NCBI RefSeq assembly: GCF_009914755.1 | Contig: NC_060928.1 | DNA: 64,000 bases | DNA from: the human T2T-CHM13v2.0 reference genome, Homo sapiens | Direction: 5' to 3' (one strand) | Part shown: piece after piece, positions 38,415 through 52,982 of the stretch | How positions within the stretch are numbered: the first letter of the stretch is position 1 | How the letters are laid out: every line of letters starts with the position of its first letter | Program-made: the position numbers and the translations under genes | The notes under the pieces: model-generated | What the model saw: only the letters and a program-made list of their open reading frames with translations | Database searches by the model: none | What the model was told of the DNA's origin: nothing

Positions 38415-39144
38415 TTTGAACCCAGGAAATCTGAGACAGGTCTCAATTAATTTAGAAAGTTTATTTTGCCAAGGTTGAGGATGCACCCATGACAGAGCCT
38501 CAGGAAGACCTGACGACATGTGCCCAAGGTGGTCAGGGCACAGCTTAGTTTTATACATTTTAGGGAGACATGAGACACCAATCAATACCTGTAAGAAGTA
38601 CACTGGTTCAGTCTGGAAAGGCAGGACAACTGGAAGCAAAGGCAGGAAGACTCAAACCAGGGAGGGAGCTTCCAGGTCACAAACAGGTGATACACAAATG
38701 GTTACATTCTTTTGAGTTTCTGATTAGCCTTTCCAAAGGATACAAATCAGATATGCACCTATCTCAGTGAGCAGAGGGGTGACTTTGAATAAAATGGAAG
38801 GCGGCTGAACATGGTGGCTTACGCCTGTAATCCCAGCACTGTGGGAGGCCGACGTGGGTGGATCACTTGGGGTCAGGAGTTCAAGACCAGCCTGGCCAAC
38901 ATGGTGAAACCTCATCTCTAATAAAAAAAAAAATACCAAAATTAGCCAGACGTGGTGGAGTGCACCTGTAATTCCAGCTACTAAGGAGACTGAGGATCAC
39001 ACCACTGCACTCCAGCCTGGGCGATAGATCCATCTCAAATAATAATAATAATAATAACAGAATGGGAGGCATGTTTGCCCTAAGCAGTTTCCAGCTTGAG
39101 TTTTCTTTAGTGATTTTGGGGGCCCAAGATATTTTCCTTTCACA
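38415..39144 (-). mobile_element. MER4A-type ERV1 solo LTR
   Basis: GAAATCTGAGACAGGTCTCAATTAATTTAGAAAGTTTATTTTGCCAAGG ... TTTTCCTTTCACA; 4-bp TSD CTTG/GTTG. Confidence 0.9.
38803..39058 (+). mobile_element. AluS with internal right-arm deletion, inside MER4A
   Basis: TSD AAAATGGAAGGC / AGAATGGGAGGC; (AAT)n tail. Confidence 0.9.
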
Positions 39145-40776
39145 GTTGTCTTCTGCTAGCTTTGAGGTTTTTTTCTTGACTCTCCTCTAATTCTTTCAGT
39201 TGTGATGTTACACTGTTAACCTGAGGTCTTTCTAACTTTTTGATGTGGGCCTTTAGTGCTATGAATTTCCCTCTTAACACTGACTTCTGTGTCCCAGAGA
39301 TTCTGCTACGTTGTATCTTTGTTCTCATTAGTTTTAAAGAACTTCTTGATTTCTGCCTTAATTTCATTATTTACCCAAAAGTCATACAGGAGCATATTGT
39401 TTAATTTCCATGTAACTGCATGATTTTGAGAGATTTTCATAGTCTTGATTTCTATTTTTATTGTACTGTGATCTGAGAGTGTGTTTGGTATGGTTTGGTT
39501 CTTTTACATTTGCTGAGGATTGTTTTAGGTCCAATTATGTGGTCAATTTTAGAGTATGTACCATTTGGCGACGAGAAGAATGTGTATTCTGTTGTTTTTT
39601 GGTAGAGAGTTCTGTAAAGGTCTATCAGATCCATCTGGTCCAATGTTGAGTTCAGGTCCTGAATCTTTGTTAATTTTCTGCCTTGATGATCTGTACTAAT
39701 ACTGTCAGTGGGGTGTTGAAGTCTTCTACTATTATTGTGTGGGAATCTACGTCTCTTTGTAGGTCTCTAACAACTTGCTTTATGAATCTGGGTGCTCTTG
39801 CATCGCATGCATACATATTTAGCATAGTTAGGTCTTCTGGTTAAACTGAACCCTTTATCATTATGTAATGCCTTTCTTTGTCTTTTTTATTTTGGTTGGT
39901 TTGAAATCTGGTTTGTCCAAAGTTAGGATTGCAACCCCTGATTTTTTCTGTTTTCTGATCGCTGGGTAGATTTTCCTTCATCCCTTTATTTTGAGCCTAT
40001 GAGTGTTATTATACATGAGATGGGTCTCTTGAGGACAGCATACTACTGGTTGACCCAAATTTTTTAACAACTACATATTTCTAAAGTTACTTATTACATA
40101 AAGAATGTGTGTTTCCACTGTGATGTTTTATTTATTAAATTTTTTTCATGAGTCTTCTGATTTGTAAGACAAAATGAGTCCACCATACGTGAATTTAAGC
40201 CACAAATCATTATCACTATATATCTACACTATTCCATATTACTTGTGATAAATTTTGCAATGGGAAAGAGACTTAATTTCACACATATGTTTAATAAATA
40301 TGTTTCAGCTAGGTAACAATTTGAAGGCTATGATTTTATAAGTTAAGATTAATTTTTTCTTATATTGATAGGCAATGAGAAATAAAATCTCCATATTAAA
40401 CATTTAATGAAAATAATCAAAACCAATTTAATATCTAAGACTGAATCATAGGTAAAGCTGGTAGCAATACTACTGAGTATAATTATTTTGGCATCATATG
40501 TAGATTAAATGTTTTAATTCTGGAAGGAAATGTTTAACCATGAGAAGGACATTATCATTTGCTTTCAATTGCTTTGACAATCCCAATCATTTATTTACCT
40601 AAATACTTTGTAGATCTGGTATTTTGGTAGAAGTCATGATTGTCTGGCTTAATTTACATAAATAACCTCACTAATTTGGCCTTTTCAGAATTCCCTTTCT
40701 GTATTTTTTTTTTAATTTTTGCACTAGTATTTTCTGAAAAATTCTTATTTATCAACTCAGTATTAAATATTTAATT

Positions 40777-41077
40777 GGCTGGGCATGGTGGCTCACGCTT
40801 GTAATTTCAGCACTTTGGGAGTCCAAGGCGAGTGGATCGCCCAAGCTCAGGAGTTTGAGACCAGCCTGGGCAACACGGTAAAACCCCGACCCTACCAAAA
40901 ATACAAAAAAATTAGCCAGGCATGGTGGCACGTGCCTGTTGTCCCAGCTACTCGGGAGGCTGAAGTGGGAGGATTGCTTGAACCTGGGATGTCAATGTTA
41001 CAGTGAGCCAAGATTGCACTTGCAGTGAGCCAAGATTGTGTTACTGCACTCCAGCCTGGGCGACAGAGTGAGATCTT
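40777..41077 (+). mobile_element. AluJ with internal duplication of CAGTGAGCCAAGATTG
   Basis: Dimeric Alu, GGGAGGATTGCTTGAACC. Confidence 0.9.
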
Positions 41078-41519
41078 CTATTAATCAGAATAAACCTTTA
41101 AAAAAAAAAAAAACCTGAACATTAATTTTAAATTCTTGTCAAGGTCTCAAAACTTAAATAACCTGCTTTCAGAATGAAGTTTCAAACATTATCTTGTCTC
41201 TTCTCCTTATAAATCATCCTGGAAACATGATGTTACAACTAGTCTGGAGAATCCTTTGTAGGTACTTAAAGTATAGAATGACAATTTCAGTGTTATGCAG
41301 TAAAAATCAGAAGAGCTGAATTTGAATCTTCATTTTTCATAACAAATGAATGGATAAATTATATAATATCCTGTCTTCAATTATTTCTAAGTATTGCTGT
41401 TCCCATTTTAGAAATGAGAAATCTAAACCTCCAAGAACTTCAATAACTAGCCCAAGAGTCAAAATTCCCAAGCATATCTAATTATGTGTGAGGGGGCCAG
41501 TGGGGGGGTGGTGGTGGTG

Positions 41520-41680
41520 TTTGTTTGTTTTAGAAGCAATGTTTCACTTTGTAGCACAGGCTGGAGTGCAGTGGCACCACCATAGCTCCCTGCAGCCTGG
41601 AACTCCTAGGCTCATAGCAATCTTCCTGCCTCAACCTTCCACAGTGCTGAGATTACATGCATGAGCCACCATGGCCAGAC
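41520..41680 (-). mobile_element. FLAM/AluJ-derived monomer
   Basis: CAGGCTGGAGTGCAGTGG...GAGCCACCATGGCCAG. Confidence 0.75.
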
Positions 41681-43582
41681 TGCATTTCCTTTTTAAGAAA
41701 AGTTTCTGTTCTCTAATGATGTCCTTAATTATTCTGATTAATAGAAGGTTCCAATTTGTATTATCTCAGTTTTTGAAGCAACAGAAAATATTCTACTCAC
41801 TGAGTTTTATCACAAAAATTAGCTCATATGTGATCAGTAAATAGTGGAGTACTGTTAGTATAACACAGAAATCAGATTAGTTCATCCATGATTGTTTCCC
41901 CAACACATTAATGTTTTATGCTATCAAGTACCAGCAGATGAACCCAGCAAGCCAGGGAGGAATACTGTCATATTCACATTGCCCATTCATCCCTTTTTAT
42001 TTTCTTTGGCTCCTTTTATTGCTCTGTTTTGGAAGTGTTTTTTGAGCAGTTTTCTTAATCTTTTTGAATGTTGTCCTTGTCTCCTTGGCTTAGCAGCCTC
42101 AACCCTTCTTCACATCTCCTTCTGTCAAATTACTTTCAACTTTCTTTTGTGATGAAGTTCTAAATGTATTGAATATTGGCTTCAAACAATCTATTTGATC
42201 TGTTTGCTTTTTTTTTTTTATTATGCTAGCATTTTTATTGGGGACTGTAATATTTTTGTTAATGCCCTGATTTTCAATTGTCTGCCCCATCTGTTTTTTT
42301 ATAAACTCGTTTGTAATTTTTCAGAAAACATGTATTGTAAAAAAGAAATGCCAATACATATAAATCACAGAGATAAAAATACATCAAACATAATTTTCCT
42401 TTATTTGCTAATTTAGGATATATTGCCACTAATATTGGTGTTTATATTATTTTCATTATTATTACATCCAAGTCTTGTTTTGACTTGTGGCCGTTTCCCA
42501 CTCCTTTCACAACATTTATTGAAAATTATAATATATAAGGCACTACTGGATATAAATGTGAATTTAAAACTCATTATACTTATTAGAAAATTATATTTTA
42601 GCAGGGAAAATAAAACACGCATATAATCACACACCTAATAAATGCTGCTGTGTATAAAGCTGTGTAGTAGGTAATAGAAATATAAAAAATTTTGAAACAT
42701 TCCTCTTCTTCTCAAGGAGAAATAGCATATACATATATATGTAATAGTGCAGTTGGATAAGTAAACATATAAACAAGTTCCAAATGATTTTGTAGATTTG
42801 TATTTGCGCAGCACCTTACTGATTTTGTTTATGAAATGAATAAACATACCCCATTCTATTCAAGAAACATCAGCTGACCAGTGATTATAGGCAGGATATT
42901 ATACCTCCATGTTTGATATCAGATGCCAGGAGAGACATAAATATGAACAAGATACAACCTTTCTCTTCAACAATTTAAAAATCTAGATTAAAAGCATCAA
43001 AACTGCGCTTGATTATTCAGAAACCAGGTGGGTTTTTTTCTCATTTATCTAAGCATTTAATTCTTTCAGTTATCTTAACATATAATTCTTCCGGTGGATG
43101 TAGAAACTGTAATATATAAGAAGGCAATGAATTTTTAGCAAAGGTTAGTTTTGAGTAACAGTCTATCATTGCTGGCCTAGTCACAGAGAAACAGTATACA
43201 AGGTTACCTAAATGAGGCTTTTCCAAAACTGAGTTTCCAGGTCAAGAGTTTATTTTTCATGTTAGAATAAATGTATTGAATCAACTATTGAAAATTTCAC
43301 CATGCAGACATTTTACTGCCTACAAGCCAATGATAACGTAGATTTTCAAAAGAGAAGGGTGAAAAGTAAAGATTTGGGAAGAAAAGAAGGCTAATTAATA
43401 ATATTAATCTGTACTTGCCCCAATGCCCTTGAAGGCAGGCAAAGAAACTGCCAAAGCCACTTGACTTTAGGTAGTTACAGGGATCAGGTTAAAAATGACT
43501 CATTCAGATTCTTCTGTATAAAATGCATTCTTAAAAGCACTCAAAAACAAAATGTAGAAAACTATGGAGACCATAAAAATGT

Positions 43583-43865
43583 ATTTTAATTGATATTTCA
43601 TAGTTGTATAAACTTTTGAGTACATGTGATATTTTCATACATATATACAATGTGTAATGATTAAATCAGGGTAATTAAGATATCCACCACCTCAAACATT
43701 CATCTTATCTTTGTGTGGAGAACTTTGCAATTCTTTTCTTCTACCTGATTTGAAGTATACAATAAGTTATCGTTAACTATAATTTCCCTATTGTACTATC
43801 GAATACAAGAACTTATTCCTTCTATCCAGCGTATTTTCATACTCATTAAACAACTCTTATTCTCA
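43583..43865 (-). mobile_element. L1MA 3' end
   Basis: GTACATGTGATATTTT...CAATGTGTAATGATTAAATCAGGGTAATT. Confidence 0.8.
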
Positions 43866-44753
43866 CAAGTATAATTAATTTAGTCCTTTGTGTATATTGT
43901 GTTGAATATAAGCTCAGAAATGTAATTTGTTCAGAAGAATTTGATATAAATCTTAAAGTTTGACCTAAGAAAAGCAACTAGTTTCTTTAAAATATCCCTG
44001 ATTAAAAAATAAAAATGTCAGAATATATGTTAGAACAAAAACAAAGGGAAAGATAAAAGTAACTAAACATGAATTTTTTTCTCAAACAGAAGTAAGCAGA
44101 ATCTCAGAATCTATTTTCAGCCTTTCAGATAATAAATTGGTGAAACCATTAGTTCAATATGCAAAAATGCCTTTTCACAGATTTAAGGAACACTTGATAA
44201 AGGAAAGAGAAAACCCTTATGTGTACATGAAGGAGTCCACCTACTGGACAGACTGTTAATTGGTGTGGAAAAAAAATCGCAGACATATTTTAAACTCGAC
44301 ACAGGAAGCTTCTCAGCAAAGTGAAATATAAAGGCCTTTTAAAAACAATTTGTATTACAATTCTAACTATTATGTGTGCCTCACATTAAGGAAGGCTTAA
44401 TAAAAATCAAATAGGAAGAAAGGAAAAAAAGAAAGAAGAGAGGGAACGAATCCCATTTCTCCTTCCTAATCTTCCCATCTGTTTTCTGAGAAGCATTTTA
44501 AGGAATACATTTTCATGTACATTTTCCATTGAAAGATACTAGTATCCCACCCTAAAGGGTATGGGCAAAAAAGCAAACACATTCTTTTAAGAAGCAGAAC
44601 TTTATTTTGTCCTAGCTGGTTTGACAACTGTGAGAAAACAGAAAAAAATTACCACATGACCTTCATCTGAATGCATCCTACTACCCAGGGCTCAGTCCTG
44701 GAGGATTCATCTAAGATCATGTACATAAAACTACTTTAAAAAGTAAATATCCT

Positions 44754-45112
<359 letters not shown>

Positions 45113-45765
45113 CTAGGCAAGCAGTCACTACCTGACTATTCCCCCAAACTCCCTCATTCTGCTCTGCACCCTGCAAGCAGCCTCAAAAATGAAAAAAAGG
45201 TTGGGAGTTGGCCATGGATTCTGTTGTCGTCTCCTAGACATGGTTCACTCCTATTTGGAGCCATTAATCAAGCCAGAACCAGTAGGCTGCCAACCCCTAC
45301 TGAAGGTATAGATACCCAAATGAAAGACCTGCTTGCTGTGCTGACACCACTCTTAATGACTCAAACATCTGGAAAACAACATTTCACAGTGATGATCACA
45401 ACTTCACTGATAAGCAATAACTCGCATGGTGTGTACTGTGCATTAGGAGTTCAACAGGAGAAGCAAAGCGGTGTCGCTTTCAAGGTGCCACAAGAACTCA
45501 GTGCTCTCCTTTGAGAGAAAGGCTTTTGCATCTCACAGTGGTGCCTTCAGGTAATAGATGGTGCATTCAACCGAGACTTCAGTCCTTTACGATTATGGGA
45601 AATAAGCCACATTTAAATCTTGGCCCATCCAGTTTCCTATTTCTAGCTTGTTCATGCCCATTTAAGAATTTAATTTTTTTAAATATTAGATTTGTTTTAT
45701 AATCACAAAAGTAATACATACAATTTAAGTAACGGTGCTGGACAGGGGCAGATTATGTTTCTTCC

Positions 45766-46069
<304 letters not shown>

Positions 46070-46274
46070 TATGTTTCTTAAACATTTTATATTGTATTGA
46101 TATTACTTCCCTACTGTGTTTTTATAATAATTACTACAATCCCAATTCTGTATCTTCCTGTAATCCCTCATTCTGTATGCCACCAACACCACAAAACACG
46201 CACCAACAGATATCTTTAAGTGAGCAGTTACTTATCTGTACCTTCCAGTGTTGCTGCAATGATTATGTATTAGT

Positions 46275-46480
46275 TGTACATTTTAAAGTAACTAAGAGTG
46301 TAACTGGATTGTTTGTAACACAAAAGTTAAATGCTTGAGGGGATGGATACCCCATTTTCCATGATGTGAGTATTATGCATTGCATGCCTGTATCAAAACA
46401 TCTCATGTACCCCATAAATATATACACCTATTATGTGTCCGCAAATTTAAATTTTAAAAATATAATGATAAATTTAAAAA
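46275..46480 (+). mobile_element. L1MA (1-3-like) 3' terminal fragment
   Basis: GGATTGTTTGTAACACAAA...AAATGCTTGAGGGGATGGATACCCCATT...CATCTCATGTACCCCATAAATATATAC. Confidence 0.85.
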
Positions 46481-47719
46481 AATCTAAGGAGAAAAATCCA
46501 TTTGATAGAACTAGTTAAACCACCTTTATAGATGGTTCTCATATTTCCTCCTCCCATTATGCTTATTATCTACATTTTCTCTGGCTAGGACTTCTAACAA
46601 CTGGCCTGGATTTCAAACTGTAGTCCTACAATAAGCCTGTCACCTATTCCCTGGATGTAGGAACTGTCACAAAGTAGTCTTAACATTCAACTCTTCTCCA
46701 TGTCAACCAGACCTAACACCACAATACTACATTCTTCTTCAAGTCAGGGATGCTCTCACACATTTTAACTCAAGCTTTCATTGATTAATTCTGTTTTCCG
46801 ATGCTTCTCTGGCTTGTCTAAGCAGAAATAATTGACAAACGGGGAAGCAAGATAGGCAAGGCTGCCATGAGCACTGTATGTCAAATATTAGCCACAGAGA
46901 GGTGAGAAAGGTATGAAAAGAGGACAAGTACACATTCAATCAATGGGTAATGGCAATGTGGACAGAACAAAGTCTATAATTTTCAAACAAAAGGAATGCC
47001 TCTTGAGGAGTAGCTGATAATGAGGGCAAAAAGTCAAATTCTCTCAGCTTTTTAATTAAGTTTACTTAGTACAGGAACAAAGGTGCTCAGTAAATATTCT
47101 TGGTTCACTACAATGACAGACACACACACACACTCTGAAACTGATATGAAATTCATCTAAATGTTAATAATAGTTGTTTCCAAGGAGTTGAATTTTTGAG
47201 TACTTTTCTGCATTTCGGTATGGTTTTTTTTTTTTTTCCTAATGTTTCCTAATGAATCTAGTCTGGGTTACTTTTATTATGAGGGAAAAAAAATGACTTA
47301 TCCAAAAAAGAAATATATGCCAGCATCCTGAATGGTAAGAAACTCATCTGAGCATTGACACCTCTAACCTACGTGGCCAACTGAGCTCAGGTCCAGAAAT
47401 AATGGATCTAATAATAATGAAGAAAGCAGACAGCAGGCTTAAGCTCCCACTGAGCAGAATCTGGAATGAGTCCTAAAGCTTTATGTTACTCTAGTGTCTT
47501 TAAAGAGAAAAGTAAGTCTAGGCCTTCCTTAGTACATGCTATGTTTGCATAATCACAAGGATTTGGCTTCCGTTCTAGTAGAGATTAGCTGCTAAAAGCT
47601 AGATCTGGCAACTAGCTGCGAACTATAACAGATTTGACTGTGGCCATATTCTTTTTGCCTATGCCAATAGAAAGGGCATTGTTGTAAAGCAGATGGAACC
47701 CCTAGAACACAATTGATGC

Positions 47720-48860
47720 TTTATTAATTCATTACCTAAATATTTACTGAGGGACTACTCAGTTCCTATGCCAAAACATTTTATACTCTGGGTATTCAAA
47801 AGAGGACAAATGAAACATTTAGACAATGTCTCTTCTCTCACAGATCTTACATTTTATCAGGATGTAGGCAACAAAAATATTAAGAAAAATTGAGAAAGGA
47901 TGCTACTTTCAGCAAGATATTTAGTGAAGTCTTATCTGACAAGCTGACACTTAAACACAGAATTAAAGAAGTGAAAGGACAAACCATATGAACATTTGGA
48001 TAAAGAGCATTCTGGACAGAGGGACTAGAAAGTGCAAAAACTCTGAAGGAGTGTTCTTAAAGTATTGAGTAACAATGCTTGGAGAACAGTGAGGAAAGAT
48101 ACAGTAGTCTGGGGACAGCTAATGGAGTGCTTTGGGAAATAGTAAGGATTTTGGATTTTATTCAGTATAATAAGTCACTAGAGAATTTTGCACAGAGGAT
48201 AATAGCATAGTTACATTTTAAATGGATCTTTCTGGTCATGTGTAAAACATAACTAAATGGAGGCAAGACGAAATGCAAGGGGTTGAAGGATAAAGTAAAA
48301 ATCTAGGCTAGAGATGATGCTGTCTTGATGAAAGTGGTGACAGTGGAAATGAAGAGGAATGGTTACATTCAGAGTAAACTTCAAAAGTTGTTGAACCAAC
48401 AGTTTTGCCGATGTGGGATGTGAACCAAAGAGTGACAACAGAGATTATCCCAAAATTTCTCACCTAAGTAACTAGACGTTACTGTTTACTTGAAAGAGAA
48501 CATCATGGTAGAAACAGATTTGGCAGATCAAGAAATCAAGTTTGGATATATCATATTTAAGTAGACATTTGAATATGAGTCTGATGTCCAAGGGAAAGAT
48601 TCAAGGAATAAATAGAACCTGGGGAATCTTCCATATACAGATGGTAATTAAAACATAATGTAGGAAGTGAACACATTTAAACAAGAGAAAGGGTCCAGGG
48701 ACAGAGCCTCGGGACTTCAACATTTAGAGGTCATAATGAAGAAGATGATCTAGCAGAAAATATTGACAGGGAGCAGCAATGAGGCAAGGAGGGAAAGTAG
48801 TAAGAGAACGATGTCCCAAAAGTCAACTGAAAAAACTATCTAAGAGAATGAACTTTGAAT
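47720..48860 (-). mobile_element. L2 LINE
   Basis: ATTCATTACCTAAATATTTACTGAG terminus and typical L2 antisense body. Confidence 0.75.
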
Positions 48861-50099
48861 AATACTTCTTAAAGTTTCCATGTCTTGTTTCTGATCTCAG
48901 AGCCCTGGTGGAAACACACTACCTTAGATAAAAATGAAGTTTCCACATCCCTTTGAAATACATGTAGTAGACCAGTGAATTCAGTGTCATCCCATTATTG
49001 GTAAGTTTGTTTAGCCCTTCATCCACTCTAGCTTCTTGCCCTTCTCTTCAAACCTGTGTCACTAGGCAATAACGGAAGATTCAGGAAAAGCTGAAGAGAC
49101 CACAGATGTTTCAGGGCAATACATCCTGCAAGCCAAGCTTGGTTGTGAGCATTGTAAAACAAAATTAAATTGCAGGCACACTATTCTGACACAATGAAGA
49201 GAAAATGAGCCTCAGATCTAAGTAGGTTTCTTTTGGTCCAGCTCTGCGAAACACATATCTTATGTATTCATTTATTTCCTTACCTTTTCACTCTATTCTG
49301 GTAAATTTACTTTTAGCTACTGTTGGGCATCCTTCAGGAGAGACCATCCTAAGGACTCTACTGGAGTACAACCCACAGGTTCCACAGAATGAATTGATCA
49401 ACATACCAATGTCAAAGAAAAGATGATCACCTTTCTTCCCAGAGGAGTCATGGATTCCCTCTTGCTAGCTACAATAGGCTGTGAGTCTTCATGACTGTGA
49501 TATTAACTACCGGGGCCACTGGTACCACTGTTATAGATTATGGTATAGACTAAAAAGAAAAGAAAAGCAATATTACACTAATTGTTTATTCAACTTTATT
49601 GATTTTTAAAAGGTTAGTGGAGTAAGTACATCAGACATGTCACATGAGTTATTATATGTAGACAGTATAGACAGACATGTTTTGAATCACTGTCATGTAT
49701 CTTTACTTCTATTATCCATGAGGAAATTCATGACACATTTTACATGAGGTGTGTACTGGCTTGGCCATGATACAGAAACTGAAACATGTAGTGACATGTA
49801 TTCTTTGCATATGAGTTACTTTAATGACTTCCCCATCAGCTTATATGGAAGATAGAGCCTTGCACCTTGGGGTACTTGACAAGGTGATTTATGCAATAAC
49901 ACTTGACTCTTTCACCCAAAACCTTGAGCTTCATCCCCACATAAACTTCCATAATCAGAAAAAAATGACTCCTTATCAACAGAGAAAATCAAAGTAGCCT
50001 CAACATCTTCAGAAAATAAGGAGTGAAATAGGTCATTTTATGTCCAGACCACTAGCTGTTTTGACTTTCGTTGTTGTGGAAGTAATTATTTTCATGGAC

Positions 50100-50452
50100 C
50101 GATACGGTTTCGCTGTGTCCCCACCCAAATCTCATCTTGAGTTGTAGTTCCCATAAGTGTCGCAAGAGGGACCCAGTGGGACATAACTGAATAATGGGGG
50201 GATTTCCCCCATGCTATTCTCATGATAGTAAGTTCTCAGGATATCTGATGGTTTTAAAAGGGGCTTCCCCCTTTGCATGGCTTTCATTCTTCCCTCTCCT
50301 GCTGCCCTGTGAAGAGGTGCCTTCTGCCATGATTGTAAGTTTCCTGAGACCTCCCCAGCCATAAGGAACTGTGAGTCAATTAAACCTCTTTCCTTTATAA
50401 ATTACCCAGTCTCAGGTATTTCTTTGTAGTAGCATGAGAACAGACTAACACA
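50100..50452 (+). mobile_element. THE1 (C/D-like) MaLR solo LTR
   Basis: CTGTGTCCCCACCCAAATCTCATCTTGA...GAACTGTGAGTCAATTAAACCTCTTTCC; 5-bp TSD TGGAC/TGGAT. Confidence 0.9.
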
Positions 50453-51179
50453 TGGATAAGTAGAGTTAAGGAATGCCTAGTTAAACCATTAAACAGGTTT
50501 CTTAGGTGTAGGACTTCTTAGAGCCTTAATGATGGTGAGGGCATTGTGAATGTCTGAGAGGAATATGTAATATTATATGTCTTTCCAACTTACTTGGCTA
50601 TAAAAATTTGTTCCTTTATAGCATTTTACACAAGTGGTCTGCTTTATACCAGCCAGTTGAAATTCCCTCCACGGATAAGTTATACCCTTTGTACATACTT
50701 CGCTGTTGAACTGTTCACATTGCATTATAAAATATCCATTTGCACTAGCCTGTGAGTTCTCTAAGGGCAGAAATGCCTCCTTCATTTGTTTATTCTCTAG
50801 ACTCGGCACAATGGCAGAAAGAAAACACTGAATAAATGTTTAAGAAATACATTCAGGCCTGAATGAGTTCTGTGGCAATAGCTGTGGCAGCTATTGCATC
50901 AATGAGGGAATACAAGGAAATTTCAAAATGCTAGAGGCTTATTCATGGACAAGAAGCAATCTAAGTGAGAATCCATGGATAAAGTCAAAAAATGTGGCAT
51001 TTCCAAAAACATGCAGCAAAGTAGAAGAAACTTCTCCAGTCTAACAAAAAGCACCAATCTTTCTTCTTTAAAAAAGTCAAAATATCTTTCTCTTCTCTCT
51101 ACAGACAATGATATAAAATGTTGTCACATAAAATAATCAAAGAGTATATAGTTTTAAAAAATGTGAGAAAAAGAATTAT

Positions 51180-52982
51180 CTTATATACCAACAACAGCCA
51201 AGCCAAGAGCCAAATCAGGAAGTCAATCCCATTCAGAACTGACACAAAAAGAATAAAATACCTAGGAATACAACTAACCAGGAAGGTGAATGATCTCTAC
51301 AATGAGAATTCTAAAAACACTGCTCAAAGAAATCAGTGAAGACAAACAAATGGAAAAGCATCTCATACTCATGAATATGAAGAACCCATATCATTACAAT
51401 GACCATACGGCCCAAAGAAATGTACAGAGTCAATGCTATTCCCATCAAACTACCAACAATGTTCTTCACAGAACTAGAAAAAACCATTTAAAAATTTATA
51501 TGGAACCAAAAGACGGCCTGAATAGCCAAAGTAATCCTACGTGAAAGGAACAAAGCTGAAAATATTCATGTTACCCGACTTCAATACCCATATTACAGGG
51601 CTACAGTAATCAAAACAGCATGGTACCAGAACAGAATAGACAGCCCAGAAATAAGGCTGCCCACCTACAATCATTTGATCTTTAACAAACCTGACAAAAG
51701 CAAACAATGAGGAAAAGACCCCCTATTCAATAAACGGTGCTGGAATAACAGGTTACCTATATGCAGAAGATTGAAGCTGGACCCCTTCCTTGTATCATAT
51801 ACAAAAATCAACTCAAGATGAATTAAAGATTAAATGTAAACCCAAAACTCTAAAAGCTCTGGAAGACAACCTAGGCAATACCATCCTGGACTTAGGAATG
51901 GGCAAAGATTTCATGAAAAAGATACCAAAAACTATTGCAACCAAAGCAAAAATTGACAAGTGGGATCTAACTAAACTTAAGAGCTTCTGCCCAGCAAAAG
52001 AAACCATCAACAAAGTACACAGACAACCTACAGAATGGGAGAAAATATTTGCAAACTACGCATCTGACAAAGGTCTAATACCCAGCATCTATAAGGAACT
52101 TAAACAAATGTACAAGCAAAAAACAACCCCATTAAAAAGTGGGTAAAAGACATAATCACTTTTCAAAAGAAGACATACATGCATCCAAGAAGTATGTGAA
52201 AGAAAGGTGCATATCAGTGATCATTAGAGAAATGCAAATCAAAACTACAATAAGATAGCATCTCACACCAGTCGGAATGGCTATTTTTTTAAAGTTGAAA
52301 AATAACAGATGCTGGTGAGGTTATTGAGCAATTGTTGGAGCTGTGCCAAGCAACCGTTGGTGGTGGTGTAAATTAGTTCAACCATTGTGGAAAGCAGCGT
52401 TGCGATTCCTCAAAGAGCTAAAAACAGAACTAACATTTGACCCAGCACTCCCGTTATTGGGTATATACCCAAAGGTTTATAAATCATTCTATTATAAAGA
52501 CACATGTACACCAATGTTCACTGCAACACTATTTGCAATAGCAAAAACATAGAACTAACCTGAACGCCCATCAATAACAGATTGAATAAAGAAAATGTGG
52601 TACATATACACCACAGAATACTACGGAGCCATAAAAAAAGAATGAGACCCTGTCTTTTGTGGGAACATGTTTGGGGCTGGAGGCTATTATCCTTAGCAAG
52701 CTAAAGCAGGAACAGAAAACCAAATACCACATGTTCTCACTCATAAGTGGGAGCTAAATGATGAGAACTCATGGGCACAAAGAGGAGAACAACAGACACT
52801 GGGACCTACTTGAGGGTGGAGAGTAAGAGGAAGAAGAAGAACAGAAAAAAAATAACTATTGGGTACTAGGCTTAGTACCCGAGTGACAAAATAATCTGTA
52901 CAACAAATCCGCATGACGCTAGTTTACCTATATAATAAACCTGCACATATACCCCTAAACCTAAAATAAAAGTTTTTTTAAG
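51180..52982 (+). mobile_element. L1PA15/16-like 3' part (ORF2 C-terminal half and 3' UTR)
   Basis: Colinear with 27990-29790; [14 protein letters not shown]...EWEKIFANY peptide. Confidence 0.9.

Larger units (their letters stand above)
37250..40051 (-). mobile_element. L1PA15/16-like internal ORF2 fragment (no 3' end), host to nested insertions
   Basis: Closely colinear with 25000-26600; EN peptides MDLIDLYRT...TYSKIDH. Confidence 0.9.
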
